A stretch of DNA of 64,000 nucleotides from an uncultured cyanobacterium (GCA_963803805.1 CAWDOD010000006.1:64001-128000), one strand, 5' to 3'. Counted from the first letter of the stretch, positions 50,871 to 62,549 are shown. The notes: generated by a model from the sequence alone, not told the origin. Made by a program: numbers and translations.

Positions 50871-51190
50871 GACTTAATTATTCATATAATTGTTTATACC
50901 CAATGTACCTAATGTAATCGGGGTTGCGATCGCCGTCTTATTCTCTTCAAAATAAATCCCTAAATTGCCTAAGTACTTCGGTTTAATAAGGGCGATCGCC
51001 TAATAATACAAGTTTCGTTATGAGGTTTAATCACCTGAAACCAATAAATATGTACTAATAAAAAACAGTTTTAATCAGAAACAAACCAGCAATTACTATG
51101 CTTTAGGTATTAGGCTTCCCGAAACATCCGGTGCTAGGATGAAATGACTTTTAATAGCTATTATCTAATTGGCTTAGAGTTAATTTAAGA

Positions 51191-51706
51191 ATGTCTTTTG
51201 TACCCCATTCCTTTGACGATCGTCCTCGTCGTAAACTACAGCAAGTACCGACGAATTATCGGGACACTAATAGTCCTTTAAAAAAGGAAACTCCTTCGGA
51301 TCGTCTTGCCACAAACTCCAGAGTAGAAAAACTCCCCCTTCGAGTTAACAAAGTTCCTGGTTGGTTAAAAGCGCTATTTTTTATTCAGAAAAGCTCTTCC
51401 CTAACCGCTTTTGCCTTAGTAAGCTTAACCTTAGTTGTTTATGCTTGGACTGTATACACTCAACAACTTTGGAGTAAGGAATACAAAAAACTAGAATATT
51501 TGCAAAGCATAGAAAGACAATTAGTCAAAGCCTTAACAGGCATGGAAAACTATCATGCTCAACAAGCAGAAAAACCTGAAAGTGGTTTAAGACATTCTCG
51601 CCCCTTAGTGTTGCCTCCATCTTCAGAAGAACCAACTATCCGCCCCTCCGAAGAGCCTATTTCTCAACAAGTACTGCAAGATAATACGCCACCTTTGGGA
51701 TACTAA
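51191..51706 (+). CDS. FtsL-like bitopic membrane protein
   Basis: Single TM followed by coiled coil; directly upstream of ftsI. Confidence 0.65.
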   Translation: MSFVPHSFDDRPRRKLQQVPTNYRDTNSPLKKETPSDRLATNSRVEKLPLRVNKVPGWLKALFFIQKSSSLTAFALVSLTLVVYAWTVYTQQLWSKEYKKLEYLQSIERQLVKALTGMENYHAQQAEKPESGLRHSRPLVLPPSSEEPTIRPSEEPISQQVLQDNTPPLGY

Positions 51707-51728
51707 AAACAATTCCTCAGTTTACTTA

Positions 51729-53557
51729 ATGGCTAACTCCAAATTGCGTAGTTTCCCCCCAGAAAAAAGCGCCAACCTCAACCAGAATCACCTTCGGCTA
51801 ATCGAGAAACTACGCCAACCCCAGAAAAATCCCGTCTTTTCTCTAGCCAAAAAACTCGGTTACTAATGGTCTGGGGATTTCTTTGTGCTGGCGCTATCGG
51901 ATTGGGCTTAAATTTGTATCGGCTGCAAATTCTTCGCGCCCTGAGTTTAGCAGGAAAAGCCCAACAACAACAGATGGTTTATCTGCGCCCTTACATACCC
52001 AGGCGGGAAATAATTGACCGCACAGGTAAGGTTTTGGCGACAGATCAACTAGTCTATAATCTTTATGTTCACCCCAAATTATTTACTACTTCTAAAGAGG
52101 ATGTTGCTAGTAAATTAGCGGAAGTTTTACCAAATACAACCCCAGAAGGGTTGCTAGAAAAGTTTAACCAAAAAGACACAGGGATTCGCCTCTCCAACTC
52201 TTTAAGCGAGGATGTTGCTGACCGCATTTTTGCTTTATCCACCGACGGTTTAGAATTAATTCGCCAATATTCTCGCCTCTACCCCCACAAAGAAATGGCC
52301 TCGGAGGTAGTGGGTTATACAGATTTAGACCATCAAGGGCAAGCCGGAATTGAATATAGTCAACAAAAACTTTTAGAAAGATCTGTACGCACTCTACGTC
52401 TTAGTCGGGCTGGTAACGGCGCACTTATGCCTTCCTATGTACCAGAAGGATTTCTCCATTTTGATGATTTGGAATTGCGGTTAACCATCGATTTACGCTT
52501 ACAAAGGGCAGCCCGTTTAGCCCTTAAACAAAAGATGGAGCAGTTTAATGCTAAAAGGGGTACTGTTATTGTTATGGATGCCCGTGATGGTTCCCTGTTG
52601 TCCTTAGTTTGCGAACCTACCTACGACCCTAATAAGTATTACAACTTTGATGTCCAACTATTTAAAAATTGGGCGGTTACAGATCTTTATGAACCAGGTT
52701 CTACTTTTAAGCCCATTAATGTCGCTGTGGCTTTAGAAGCTAATGCTATTGAAGCCGATAGTTCTTTTAATGATCCTGGTTTAATTTACGTTGATACTTG
52801 GCCTATTTCCAACTTTGATTACGAAAGTCGAGGAGGGCGGGGCTATGTTAGCGTGACAGAAATTTTACGAGATTCTAGTAATGTGGGCATGGTGCAAATC
52901 ATTCGCCAAATGTCCCCTAGAGCTTATTATGGGGCTTTGGAAAGATTGGGGATGGGAGAAAGGGTTGGGGTAGATTTGATGGGGGAAGCCAAAGGACAAC
53001 TGAAGAATGAAAAGGAGTTTTTGGGTTCTCCGGTGGAAGCAGCAACCACATCTTTTGGTCAAGGTTTTTCCCTGACTCCAATTAAATTGGCACAACTCAA
53101 CGCCTTACTGGCCAATGGTGGTAAGTTGGTAACACCCCATGTGGTGAGGGGATTGGTTGATAGGGAAGGACAATATCATTGGCGACCTCGTTTTGCTGAA
53201 TCCCGTGTTTTCTCTCCAGAAACTAGCCGAGAGGTTTTGGAGATGATGGAAACTGTGGTGTCAGAAGGGACAGGAAGAAATGCGCAAATTCCCGGTTATC
53301 GCATTGCTGGGAAGACAGGTACGGCACAAAAAGCTAGTCCCACCGGGGGATATTATGCCAATGCCAAGATAACAAGTTTTGTAGGGATTTTTCCTGTTGA
53401 TAATCCTCGTTATGTGGTTTTGGCAGTGGTTGATGAACCTAAAGGTGATGCTTTTGGTTCAACTGTGGCAGCTCCTGTGGTTAAGTCAGTGATGGAAGCT
53501 TTGATTTCTATCGAGAATATTCCCCCCTCTGAGACGGATGATGAAGTTACCAGGTAA
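51729..53557 (+). CDS. ftsI: Class B penicillin-binding protein (FtsI-like); apparent frameshift in the C-run at 51755-51760
   Basis: EPGSTFK, SSN and KTGTAQ motifs; the frame upstream of ATG 51866 is open and joins ATG 51729 if one C is added. Confidence 0.85.
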
Positions 53558-53633
53558 TTAAGGCGGTTGAAAAAGAATAACCTTCACCAGGAAAGAAAAG
53601 AAGGCAGGAGGAGTAGCCAAGAATTGCTCTATT

Positions 53634-54038
53634 TCATTTCTTTTGAGCGCAACCTACAGGATAAGCAGATTGATAAGTAGAAGAACGCTTACCAAAGCAA
53701 CTATAACGATTATCCCGCACCTGTTCATAAGCGCGATCGCCTAAAGATTTCATCCCAGGAAGAGAACGATAAGCATTAATAAATAACTCTCCTGCGGGTA
53801 AAAGATTAGCGATTTCTTCGGCGGCGTTGCTACCTTGCCAGCGTCGAGAAAGATTGTTGCCATCAACCAGAATCATACCCATTTCACAGTCTTGAGAAGT
53901 AACATTAAACTCCCTTAAACCCACTTCATCTTGCATAGGTAAATAATCAAATATTTTTCCTTGATCCAACTTTTCTAAAACCTGCACTAAGTTGCTACAA
54001 AGGTTACAGTTGCCATCATAAATTACGTGATATTTCAT
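53634..54038 (-). CDS. DCC family thiol-disulfide oxidoreductase
   Basis: YDGNCNLC (DxxCxxC). Confidence 0.88.
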   Translation of the reverse strand: MKYHVIYDGNCNLCSNLVQVLEKLDQGKIFDYLPMQDEVGLREFNVTSQDCEMGMILVDGNNLSRRWQGSNAAEEIANLLPAGELFINAYRSLPGMKSLGDRAYEQVRDNRYSCFGKRSSTYQSAYPVGCAQKK

Positions 54039-54071
54039 AAGCTGTTTACTATCTAAATCATTTATTATTAC

Positions 54072-55844
54072 TTAATTCCTAATTCCGGTTTGTACTCGCC
54101 AGAAATTAGCATAAATACCTTGATATTGTAACAACTCCTCATGGTGTCCTTGTTCTACAAGTTTGCCTTTTTCCATCACATAAATAGTATCGGCGTTACG
54201 TATGGTGGAAAGACGGTGGGCGATCGCAATAGTTGTGCGGTTTTGAGTGATCTTTTCTAAGGAACGTTGAATGGCGGCTTCGGTTTCGTTATCTACCGCA
54301 GATGTGGCTTCATCAAGGATAAGAATGGGGGGATTTTTTAAGACGGCACGGGCGATGGCAATTCTCTGCCTTTGTCCCCCCGATAGCTTTTGTCCCCTTT
54401 CACCAACGATGGTGTCGTAGCCTTGGGGTAATTGTTGGATAAATTCTTCTGCTTCAGCAATTTTAGCTGCGGCGACAACTTCTTCTAAAGTGGCCTCTCC
54501 GAAGCCATAGGCGATGTTTTCCCTAACCGTGCCGTGGAAAAGAAAGACATCCTGACTTACTAAACCAATGGCGCGACGTAAGTCCTTTAAACGCAAGTCT
54601 TTAACATCAATGCCATCTAAAGTAATTTTTCCCTTTTGCACTTCGTACAGTCGCAACAAAAGCTTAACTAGAGTACTTTTACCCGAACCTGTAGCCCCTA
54701 CAATAGCAATGGTTTTCCCGGCGGGAATCAAGAGGGAAAGATGGGCAATAACAGCTTCTCTTTCGTGATAGGCGAAGGTAATATCTTCTAATTCTACTTC
54801 TCCTTTTACCAAACTAATGGGTAAAGCAATGTTACCGGAGGGAATGTTAATGGGAGTATCAAGAAGATTCATAATTCTATTAGTAGAAGCCATGGCCCTT
54901 TGATATAAATCTAAGGTTCTACCCAAGTAAGTAAGGGGCCAAAGTAAGCGTTGTGTCATGAAGACTAAAACACTATAGGTTCCTACCGCTAAAGCACCAT
55001 TAACAGCAGCTACCCCACCAAAAAGTAAGGTAGTAATAAAACCAATTAAAATAACCAAACGAATCAAAGGAATAAAAGCTGCACTAACTGCGATTGCTTG
55101 ACGATTACTTTGGCGATAAGCTTCACTATCCTGTCGCAAGCGCTCAATTTCATAGTCTTCGGTGGTAAAACTTTTAATGGTAGTAATGCCACTCAAATTG
55201 TTAGCTAAACGGCTATTAAGAGAACCAACTTTTTCTCGCACGTTGGCATAAAGAGGTTCTAAACGCTTTTGAAAATAAATTGAACCCCAAACAATTAAAG
55301 GAATGGGGATCATGGCCATCCAAGCAATACTAGGGGCGAGAATAAAGAAGACAATACTAATAATAATTACAGCAGTACTAACTTGAATGATATCGTTTGC
55401 GCCAACATCAAGAAATCTTTCTAGTTGGTTAACATCATCGTTAATAATTGCTAGTAAATCTCCCGTACTCCTTTCTTCAAAGTAAGCCAATTCCAAGTCT
55501 TGAACATGGCTATAGGCATCTAAACGCATTTCGTGCTGCATATTTTGCGCTAAGTTGCGCCATAACTGGGCATAAGCATATTCAAAAACAGATTCTAAAC
55601 TCCAAACAATGAAACTTAAGATAGAAAGAATTAATAGTTGTGCAAAAGTACCCTTGATGCCAAAACTAGCTACCAGAGAATCTTGTTGTTCCACCACTAC
55701 GTCTACCGCCATACCAATTAATACTGGCGGTGTGAGATCAAAAAGTTTATTAAGTATGGAACAAATAGCAGCTTGCCAAATTAAAGGGCGATGTTTACGG
55801 CTATATTTTAATAAGCGTTGCAGAGGTGGTTTAGGCATTTTCAT
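54072..55844 (-). CDS. ABC exporter, fused permease/ATPase (MsbA-like)
   Basis: TM domain plus [24 protein letters not shown]. Confidence 0.93.
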   Translation of the reverse strand: MKMPKPPLQRLLKYSRKHRPLIWQAAICSILNKLFDLTPPVLIGMAVDVVVEQQDSLVASFGIKGTFAQLLILSILSFIVWSLESVFEYAYAQLWRNLAQNMQHEMRLDAYSHVQDLELAYFEERSTGDLLAIINDDVNQLERFLDVGANDIIQVSTAVIIISIVFFILAPSIAWMAMIPIPLIVWGSIYFQKRLEPLYANVREKVGSLNSRLANNLSGITTIKSFTTEDYEIERLRQDSEAYRQSNRQAIAVSAAFIPLIRLVILIGFITTLLFGGVAAVNGALAVGTYSVLVFMTQRLLWPLTYLGRTLDLYQRAMASTNRIMNLLDTPINIPSGNIALPISLVKGEVELEDITFAYHEREAVIAHLSLLIPAGKTIAIVGATGSGKSTLVKLLLRLYEVQKGKITLDGIDVKDLRLKDLRRAIGLVSQDVFLFHGTVRENIAYGFGEATLEEVVAAAKIAEAEEFIQQLPQGYDTIVGERGQKLSGGQRQRIAIARAVLKNPPILILDEATSAVDNETEAAIQRSLEKITQNRTTIAIAHRLSTIRNADTIYVMEKGKLVEQGHHEELLQYQGIYANFWRVQTGIRN

Positions 55845-55998
55845 TTATCATTTCTCATCAGACATTTACCTGTAGGGACAACCCGTTTACCAAATATTAG
55901 CAACGAGCAAGGGTTTAGATTGGTTAGCCCACTTATTATCTAGCAGTGTTATAACTCGACAATGCTAACTATAATAGTTTAGTTCGTTTGTAAAAGGA

Positions 55999-56116
55999 CT
56001 ACAGCAATTCTACGACTTATGAGCTAGAGCATAGATTCTGGTTTTTGCTAATAGCTAGTGGTTGGTAGAAATATGGAAATAGACTAAATGTACCTCATGA
56101 ATTTGAGAACTTCTAT
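55999..56116. repeat. Degenerate MITE-like element
   Basis: Imperfect terminal inverted repeats: TACAGCAATTCT...ATGAGCTA vs TGTACCTCATG...GAGAACTTCTAT. Confidence 0.4.
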
Positions 56117-56249
56117 CTAACAAATAAAGAGATTAACAAAATTCATAAAAAAGTTATTTTTCTAATAGGAAAGAAAGCTTGAGATGTGGTTTTGAGATAT
56201 ATAGTTTATATTACTATGAAGTTTAGCGAATCTCTCTTATTTTAAGGCA

Positions 56250-56612
56250 ATGAAAGCAGAAAAAAAAGAAGTTTTCCTCGAACTAAAAAAGATATTACAA
56301 ACCTATGAATCAAAACTACAACTAATTGAAGATACTGAAGAAGAATATTATTTAGATACTGATTACATTATGAAAAATAAAAAGCGCCTCTCTTTCGGCT
56401 CAGTATCCATTAAAAAAAGTTACGTCAGCTTCCATTTAATGCCTGTATATGAAAATCCAACCTTATTAAACAATCTTTCTCCTCAACTACAAAGAAGAAT
56501 GCAAGGAAAATCCTGCTTTAACTTCTTGGAAATTAACCAGCCTCTGTTTGAAGAATTAAAAACCTTGACTCAAATAGGTTTTGAATCTTACCAATCTAAA
56601 GGCTACCTATAG
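56250..56612 (+). CDS. Hypothetical protein (DUF1801/YdhG-like)
   Basis: KSYVSFHLMPVY...RMQGKSCFNF. Confidence 0.65.
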   Translation: MKAEKKEVFLELKKILQTYESKLQLIEDTEEEYYLDTDYIMKNKKRLSFGSVSIKKSYVSFHLMPVYENPTLLNNLSPQLQRRMQGKSCFNFLEINQPLFEELKTLTQIGFESYQSKGYL

Positions 56613-56619
56613 TGATTAA

Positions 56620-56786
56620 GTATGGTGTGTTAGCAGATGATAATACTTGTCAAAAATACTTTAATTTTGTTTCTGCATAACGCATCATCCCTAGACATTG
56701 AATTGACAGAAGTCGGTGCGTTACGGCGGTATTAAACATTTTTATTAAGCTACTATTTTGATAATATCCGCCTAACAACACCCTAC
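56620..56786. repeat. REP-like doublet (GTAGGGTGCGTTA family)
   Basis: GTATGGTGTGTTAGCAGA..TCTGCATAACGCATC and GGTGCGTTACGGCGG..CCGCCTAACAACACCCTAC in inverted arrangement. Confidence 0.6.
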
Positions 56787-56868
56787 TATAACGACTTATT
56801 GCCATTACCCCTTTCCGGCTGTTGGAAGATGCTTAAAAAGGGTTGCTAATCAACCTAAGCATATTACT

Positions 56869-57636
56869 TTAGTTGAATAAATTAAATCTTTTTAGCAAAC
56901 TTTCTAAAGTAGTTGGTAGAGTTTGGCTTAACTCTTGACTATCTCGAAAGGTTAATTGCTGGCGATTAGGTAAATCAAAAGGATAATTACCAGAAAATTC
57001 TGGACGTTGTTGTTGGCTTAAAAGAACTTGGCCCGATTTTTTACTGTGAATAGCATAGCCAATTTCTATGCAAACATTAGCACTAGGAATCAATTGCTGG
57101 TTCTTTTCCCCACCTTTAGTAATAATAGTTCCGTCAGCAACAAAAAGTAAGCTTTTACGAATTTTACGTAACTGCGTACTACTTAATCTTACAGGACCTT
57201 CTGAGGGAAATAGAGACTCTTCTAAACGTAAAGGAAGGCGCGATCGCTCATTCAATTTATCCAATGCAGCGATTAAGTTTTCTCGTAGGATAGCACTAGA
57301 ATGGGGATATTCTTTTTGGCAACTAAAATAAATAATCGGTTCTAGGTTAGCACTTAGGTCTTGTTTCGTAAAATAGATTTCTTGGGAAATAAGATCAATA
57401 TTAGAAATGCCATAGCCGCCACTACCTTCAATATAAAATTCTACAGTTTCTCCTTCTAAATAGCGCTCGAACCAATCAGAAGTTTGCACCTCTTGAGTCT
57501 CGTTCAAGAAATCTGCCCGCAATCCTGATTTAAGCAGGCTATTTCTACTCAAACGCAAATCATGAGGTCGTTTAATTACCTGTTTAATCGGTTCGTAGTC
57601 TTCAATATACCAAGCTTTCAAAGCTATAATCGCCAT
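56869..57636 (-). CDS. Conserved cyanobacterial hypothetical protein
   Basis: MAIIALKAWY start preceded by GAGGGGAAGG RBS; long ORF. Confidence 0.8.
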   Translation of the reverse strand: MAIIALKAWYIEDYEPIKQVIKRPHDLRLSRNSLLKSGLRADFLNETQEVQTSDWFERYLEGETVEFYIEGSGGYGISNIDLISQEIYFTKQDLSANLEPIIYFSCQKEYPHSSAILRENLIAALDKLNERSRLPLRLEESLFPSEGPVRLSSTQLRKIRKSLLFVADGTIITKGGEKNQQLIPSANVCIEIGYAIHSKKSGQVLLSQQQRPEFSGNYPFDLPNRQQLTFRDSQELSQTLPTTLESLLKRFNLFN

Positions 57637-57696
57637 GATACCTTCCCCTCTTTGTTTCAAGTTATTATTATGACTTAACCAATTTTTGACCACCAA

Positions 57697-58329
57697 ATGC
57701 TCTATCTTGATTCAGCACTAATCGAAGAAGCGAAGACAGCTACAGAAATGGGCTGGGTAAAAGGAATTACCACAAACCCCACTCTTTTAGCTAAAAGCAG
57801 TTTGGGAGTAGCAGAAACCCTCACTGAATTAGCGACAATTAGCCCTGGGGAACTTTATTATCAGCTTACGGCTTCAGACTTCTCAAACATGGTGGCAGAA
57901 GGGAGGAAAGCATTTGAGATTATTGGACAAAAAACTGTTTTAAAAATTCCTGCCACAGAAGTTGGTTTTCGCGTTGCAGCTTATTTAGCCCCAGAAATTA
58001 CCTGTTCTGTCACTGCTATTTATAGCCCAGCCCAAGCTGCTGTTGCAAGAGAAGCAGGTGTAAAATATGCAATCGCCTATGTTAATCGGGCGACGCGATT
58101 GTTGGGTGATGGTTTAGCTTTAGTTACAGGAATGGCTAAGGTATTGCAGGGTAGCAAAACAGAGATTTTAGCTGCTAGCATCAAATCCCCAGAAGAAGCT
58201 GTCGCTGCCTTACAAGCCGGGGCCCATCATCTTACTCTTCCTTTACCAATTTTACAGTCTTTAACCACCCATGAACTATCAGAACAAACGGTAACTGAAT
58301 TTGCTGAAAATGGTTGGGGTTTGTTATAG
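57697..58329 (+). CDS. Transaldolase / FSA-type (TalC-like)
   Basis: YLDSA, GITTNPTLL, LKIP, ILAAS. Confidence 0.9.
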   Translation: MLYLDSALIEEAKTATEMGWVKGITTNPTLLAKSSLGVAETLTELATISPGELYYQLTASDFSNMVAEGRKAFEIIGQKTVLKIPATEVGFRVAAYLAPEITCSVTAIYSPAQAAVAREAGVKYAIAYVNRATRLLGDGLALVTGMAKVLQGSKTEILAASIKSPEEAVAALQAGAHHLTLPLPILQSLTTHELSEQTVTEFAENGWGLL

Positions 58330-58473
58330 CAACATTATGGTTTCTATACCAATGCGAGAGTTTTTGATTCTAATGTCATTAGGACTTAGAAAGTCGAAAT
58401 AATCTTCAAGTTGCATAAGGCAATTTTCCTACTAATAACTAATGCCTAATGGCCAAGGCCAGCTATACATTGC

Positions 58474-60147
58474 TCATTGTTCGGCTTTGCCGTTGCCGCT
58501 AGGCATCATTGACAAGCGTGCGTGTTGCAAACGCAACGCCAACATATGTTCGCATGGTCCTTTATAAAGTTTGTTTTGTTGATACCAGTTGCAACTACAT
58601 TCTGCTTGTAACAACCGTTCGTCACCATCTATAGTTAAAGAAGGACTGTGAATTTTATCACCATCTTCAACTCTACCTTGCAGAAGATAAGTTCCTTTGG
58701 CATCCTCAGTAACAGAAGCAATCCTTGCTGCATTGTTAGTTAAAAAACGATTTGCTTGTTCTTCCCTTTCATTAGCGAAGCGCAACCTCTCTAAAGGTAA
58801 GGGTTCTTGGGTCAATTCCCTAACTCGATAAACTTGCTTATTCAAGTCGTAAATTGCCCTTCCTGCTTGAGTATAAGCGCTTAAAGCCCCTAACACAACA
58901 GCCCGGTCAAGATTGAGACGTTGTGCTAAAGAGTCGGGGGTTTCTGCCCAATTTTTCTTCAGTTCATCAAAAATATGGCGCTTCGTCCAACGGTCAATGT
59001 CGGCACGGGGGGCCATCAAATCAAAGTTACCAGATTGTGACCAGTCATTGGCTGTCCAACCTGATAAACCAAGGGTAAAAGACATATCTCCTAAGTCTGC
59101 CACATAAAAAGAAGGCATTCCTGTACCCAAAAGATGAACAGTAAATTTCTTGGCTACAGGGATAAGGCGTTCTAAAATATGGAGGCGGCGACGACCCCAA
59201 ACCCGAATTACTTCTGCTGTTGAACCTGTATAAAGGGAACGAGGACAAATAAGTTCCTGTTCCCACGGTTCAAATACTACCTTAATTGGTTCCCCTGGTT
59301 TGAGATGATAACGCATTCCCCTGGGCCCTTTCTTTTCCTTACGGCGACGTAGAATGAAGCAGATGTTTTGAATATCGACAGGATGCAACTCAAACCGGGT
59401 TGCAGGAAGAGACATAGCTGAACTAACTTGCAAAAAGCCTCTCACCCAACTGTCAGGGAGATCGATTTTAACTTCTTTATAAACCTCTTCGTGACTAGTT
59501 TCTACTTCAAAACCGGAAGGATCAATTTGGAATTGGGTTGTTTTGTAACTGCGGATTTTTTGAAATTCGTTATAAAGAGAAGCAGAATAGTCAATGTTGG
59601 TTGTGCCGCAAGAAAATTCGTTGATGTCTCTGAAGACTTCATAACTAGCCCCTAACCTGCCATAACTCGACTCATCTTGGCTGAAACATTCAAAAAACAC
59701 TTCGTCAGGATGAACAGTAATTACCGGATCAAGGACATACCAAAGGTCGTGGTTTTTTTTATACAGATAACTAAAATAGTTTCTTTGTGCCTGATAAAAA
59801 GGGCGGCGACGTTGATAACTATCGTTATTAAGGGCTTGAAGTTCTTTCTGTAACTGTTGCATTCTCGCAGCAACTTCCTGTTTTTCTACCGCAACCATTT
59901 GCCAATCAATGTCTAGTTGTTTAGCAGCCCATTCTTTATATTCCGTTTTATCTTTCGGCTGGAAACGCAAGTCAGAAACGACGACATTGTGTAAGGCACT
60001 GATAGCTTCACGAAAAGCAATGTGTTTACGAAGTTCACCAATAAAATAGGTAGGTTGACGCTTCGTATCAGGAGAAAAGGACATTTGGGTGTTGTTCCCC
60101 TTCTCCTGTACGGCGGTACTACCTTGATAGGCGTAATTAAATTCCAT
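58474..60147 (-). CDS. SWIM zinc-finger protein
   Basis: C-terminal CSC-x11-CEH; LDPVITVHPD..FFECFS.DESSY. Confidence 0.85.
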   Translation of the reverse strand: MEFNYAYQGSTAVQEKGNNTQMSFSPDTKRQPTYFIGELRKHIAFREAISALHNVVVSDLRFQPKDKTEYKEWAAKQLDIDWQMVAVEKQEVAARMQQLQKELQALNNDSYQRRRPFYQAQRNYFSYLYKKNHDLWYVLDPVITVHPDEVFFECFSQDESSYGRLGASYEVFRDINEFSCGTTNIDYSASLYNEFQKIRSYKTTQFQIDPSGFEVETSHEEVYKEVKIDLPDSWVRGFLQVSSAMSLPATRFELHPVDIQNICFILRRRKEKKGPRGMRYHLKPGEPIKVVFEPWEQELICPRSLYTGSTAEVIRVWGRRRLHILERLIPVAKKFTVHLLGTGMPSFYVADLGDMSFTLGLSGWTANDWSQSGNFDLMAPRADIDRWTKRHIFDELKKNWAETPDSLAQRLNLDRAVVLGALSAYTQAGRAIYDLNKQVYRVRELTQEPLPLERLRFANEREEQANRFLTNNAARIASVTEDAKGTYLLQGRVEDGDKIHSPSLTIDGDERLLQAECSCNWYQQNKLYKGPCEHMLALRLQHARLSMMPSGNGKAEQ

Positions 60148-60338
60148 AGAACTTTACCGAGTTGTTGGTAAGAGGCTAGTAATTTATTTTATTATAGTAT
60201 TTATGTACTATTGAATTTGTTTATTAATCTTTAATATTAAAACTGCGATCGCAGTTGATTCTTTTCATGAGGGAAAAGGGAACAGGCAACAGGCAATACA
60301 ATATATTCTTTACCTATTGCCTATTGCCCAATTCTCAA

Positions 60339-60893
60339 CTATTTAGAACCATTTTGGACAAAACCTAGAGTTAAACTATCAGCAACTAAGAAGTGTTGGA
60401 GATGGTAGGCTCTTTCTTCGGTTTTTAGTAAAATCTGCTCATAAAGATAACGGGTAGCGCGATCGCCTAAACTTTCAGCTTGGGCGGCTTGACGGCGTAA
60501 GACTTTAATTACTTCCTGCTCAGCAGCTAAATCATGTTCTACCATGGAGCGGCAATCAAAAACTCCTTCTGATTCTGGTGCAAAGCAACACAACTCACCT
60601 AGTTTAGCAAAACCAGCCGCCGGAATACCCCCTAAGCCATTTAAACGCTCCCCTAATTCGTGGACGTGTCCTTGCACTTCGTCGTAGCCTTCTTGGAAAA
60701 ATTCGTGCAGAGAATAAAATTCTGAACCCTCAACTACAAAGTGATGCTTTTGGTACTGCAAGTATAAACCCTGAAAACTTGCTAGTAGTACATTCATACC
60801 TTCACAAACTGGCTCAGTTACGCTCTTCTCAAGCAAGATTGGATTATCTTCTACTTCACCGAAAGCTCTTAGTAAACCCTGAGTAATAGACAT
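60339..60893 (-). CDS. dps: Dps family ferritin-like protein
   Basis: [24 protein letters not shown]. Confidence 0.92.
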   Translation of the reverse strand: MSITQGLLRAFGEVEDNPILLEKSVTEPVCEGMNVLLASFQGLYLQYQKHHFVVEGSEFYSLHEFFQEGYDEVQGHVHELGERLNGLGGIPAAGFAKLGELCCFAPESEGVFDCRSMVEHDLAAEQEVIKVLRRQAAQAESLGDRATRYLYEQILLKTEERAYHLQHFLVADSLTLGFVQNGSK

Positions 60894-60919
60894 TTAGTGT
60901 ATCCCCTTTCATTAAAGAA

Positions 60920-61191
60920 GTCTTATTGATAATACTAACTTTAGCAGAAATTAACCGATTGGAAACAAGTTTTATTATAAATTTTCCAAAACCTTCTAAT
61001 TCGCCTAGCCCTTATGAATTGTGGCTTTTAGCGTTTTCTTTTTAGTGAACTCTAGCCTTTTTTGTCAGGGTTAGTTGAGAATATTTAGCATTTAGAGTGT
61101 ATACTGATGATAATAAAATGAGCAGCTAAACCTTTAGGGTTTAGGCATTGCTTGTAAATCTAGAAAATCAAACTTTTCAATAGTATTGAAA
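60920..61191. promoter_or_regulatory. Divergent promoter region with Fur/PerR-like AT-rich boxes
   Basis: ATTGATAATA, TTGAGAATAT, ATGATAATAA and palindrome TTTCAATA-G-TATTGAAA at 61175-61191. Confidence 0.45.
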
Positions 61192-61214
61192 CTCTTTTTT
61201 GTTTGTGTGAGTGG

Positions 61215-61478
61215 ATGAATCCCCCAAATCAGAAAACAAAAACCAGCACCGTTGTAGAGGTAAACTGGGCCGATCGCTGGCAAGTTTATCATCGCTTACA
61301 AGAACTCCAAGTTCCCTGCCAATGCCTTACCAATCAGCCTTTACGAGTAGAAATTAATACTCCCTTGGCGACTATGCAACTATGGGGCATTTTGAGAAGA
61401 CTAAGGGCTTCTCGCTCAGAATCAGTTAATTGGTTAGAATGCTGTTGGCGAACAAAGAACTGTTCCCAAGGAAATTAA
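61215..61478 (+). CDS. Asr1405/Asl0597-like small protein
   Basis: DRWQVYHRLQELQVPCQC...WLECCW. Confidence 0.8.
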   Translation: MNPPNQKTKTSTVVEVNWADRWQVYHRLQELQVPCQCLTNQPLRVEINTPLATMQLWGILRRLRASRSESVNWLECCWRTKNCSQGN

Positions 61479-61496
61479 ATATAGGAAAAATTGATA

Positions 61497-62084
61497 ATGT
61501 CAAAATCCAAGCGCCGAGTTGAAGATTTTAATCTTGCCGGACAATTACTTGGTTTTGTAATTAAAGATGGTTATAAAGTAAAATACCTGCGGATGATTGT
61601 TAACGAGGTGGAATACTGGATTAAATTATCCAAAGAAATCCGCCGCAGTCTTGATCCGCGCATCTTTCCTGGCTGTTGGCTGGAGATAGAAGGAACTAAG
61701 GAGCTTAATGGCAAAAACGGCAAGGTTAAATATAAAGCAGATTCAGTTATCTTAAAAATAGAAACTGACACTGCCAAAGAAGCTATTGTCCCTATCAAAA
61801 CCAAGAAAGCTAAAAGTAAAGCCAAAGTTTTAATTTGTCAAAAATCAAGCTGTAAAAAAAGAGGGGCCAAAAAAGTTTGCGAAGCCCTAGAAAAGAATTT
61901 GCGAGATCGCGGCATCGCAGAAGAAGTCACGATTAAATCAGTAGGCTGTCTCAAAGAATGCAAAAAAGGCCCCAACTTGGTATTGATGCCTGATAAAGTC
62001 CGCTACAGTAAGGTAAATGCTCAAAAAGTACCTGATTTAATCGAAAAGCACTTAGCATCGCCGGTTAAGGACAATCAATCTTAA
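61497..62084 (+). CDS. Thioredoxin-like [2Fe-2S] ferredoxin-domain protein
   Basis: CQKSSC...GCLKECKKGP. Confidence 0.85.
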   Translation: MSKSKRRVEDFNLAGQLLGFVIKDGYKVKYLRMIVNEVEYWIKLSKEIRRSLDPRIFPGCWLEIEGTKELNGKNGKVKYKADSVILKIETDTAKEAIVPIKTKKAKSKAKVLICQKSSCKKRGAKKVCEALEKNLRDRGIAEEVTIKSVGCLKECKKGPNLVLMPDKVRYSKVNAQKVPDLIEKHLASPVKDNQS

Positions 62085-62110
62085 AGTAGATCCTAGATCC
62101 TCTGCGAATA

Positions 62111-62494
62111 TTAAGGTAAAAAGCGGTCTAGAGCCGCTTTTAACTCTTCAATTTCCAGATCAATATTGCCATCTTCCACAGCGCGAGTAATACATTCTGA
62201 TAAATGTTCGTCGAAAATTATTCTCGCCACCCGATCCAAAGCACCTCTAACAGCAGCAATTTGAATTAGTACTTCCGGACAAGGGCTACTTTCACTAACC
62301 ATAGTTTTCACCCCACGAATATGCCCTTCAATACGAGAGAGCCGATTAACAATTTTGCGGAGAGACTCTTCGCTATGAACGTGTTTATGGAGATGGGGCT
62401 TAGGTTCAGATTCTCTTAATTCAGAAGAGTCTCCAGGATGCTGTTTATTTTGTCTACGGACATTTTCGCTAGTAAAACTTTCAACTCTAGTCAT
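62111..62494 (-). CDS. CsoR/RcnR family metal-sensing repressor (InrS-like)
   Basis: His-rich N-terminus, RLSRIEGH, C..VLIQ, EHLSEC. Confidence 0.9.
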   Translation of the reverse strand: MTRVESFTSENVRRQNKQHPGDSSELRESEPKPHLHKHVHSEESLRKIVNRLSRIEGHIRGVKTMVSESSPCPEVLIQIAAVRGALDRVARIIFDEHLSECITRAVEDGNIDLEIEELKAALDRFLP

Positions 62495-62549
62495 TTGGTC
62501 AACTAAGACAATGTATCTACTATATCTTAGTCTAATCCTTTCAAAAGAA

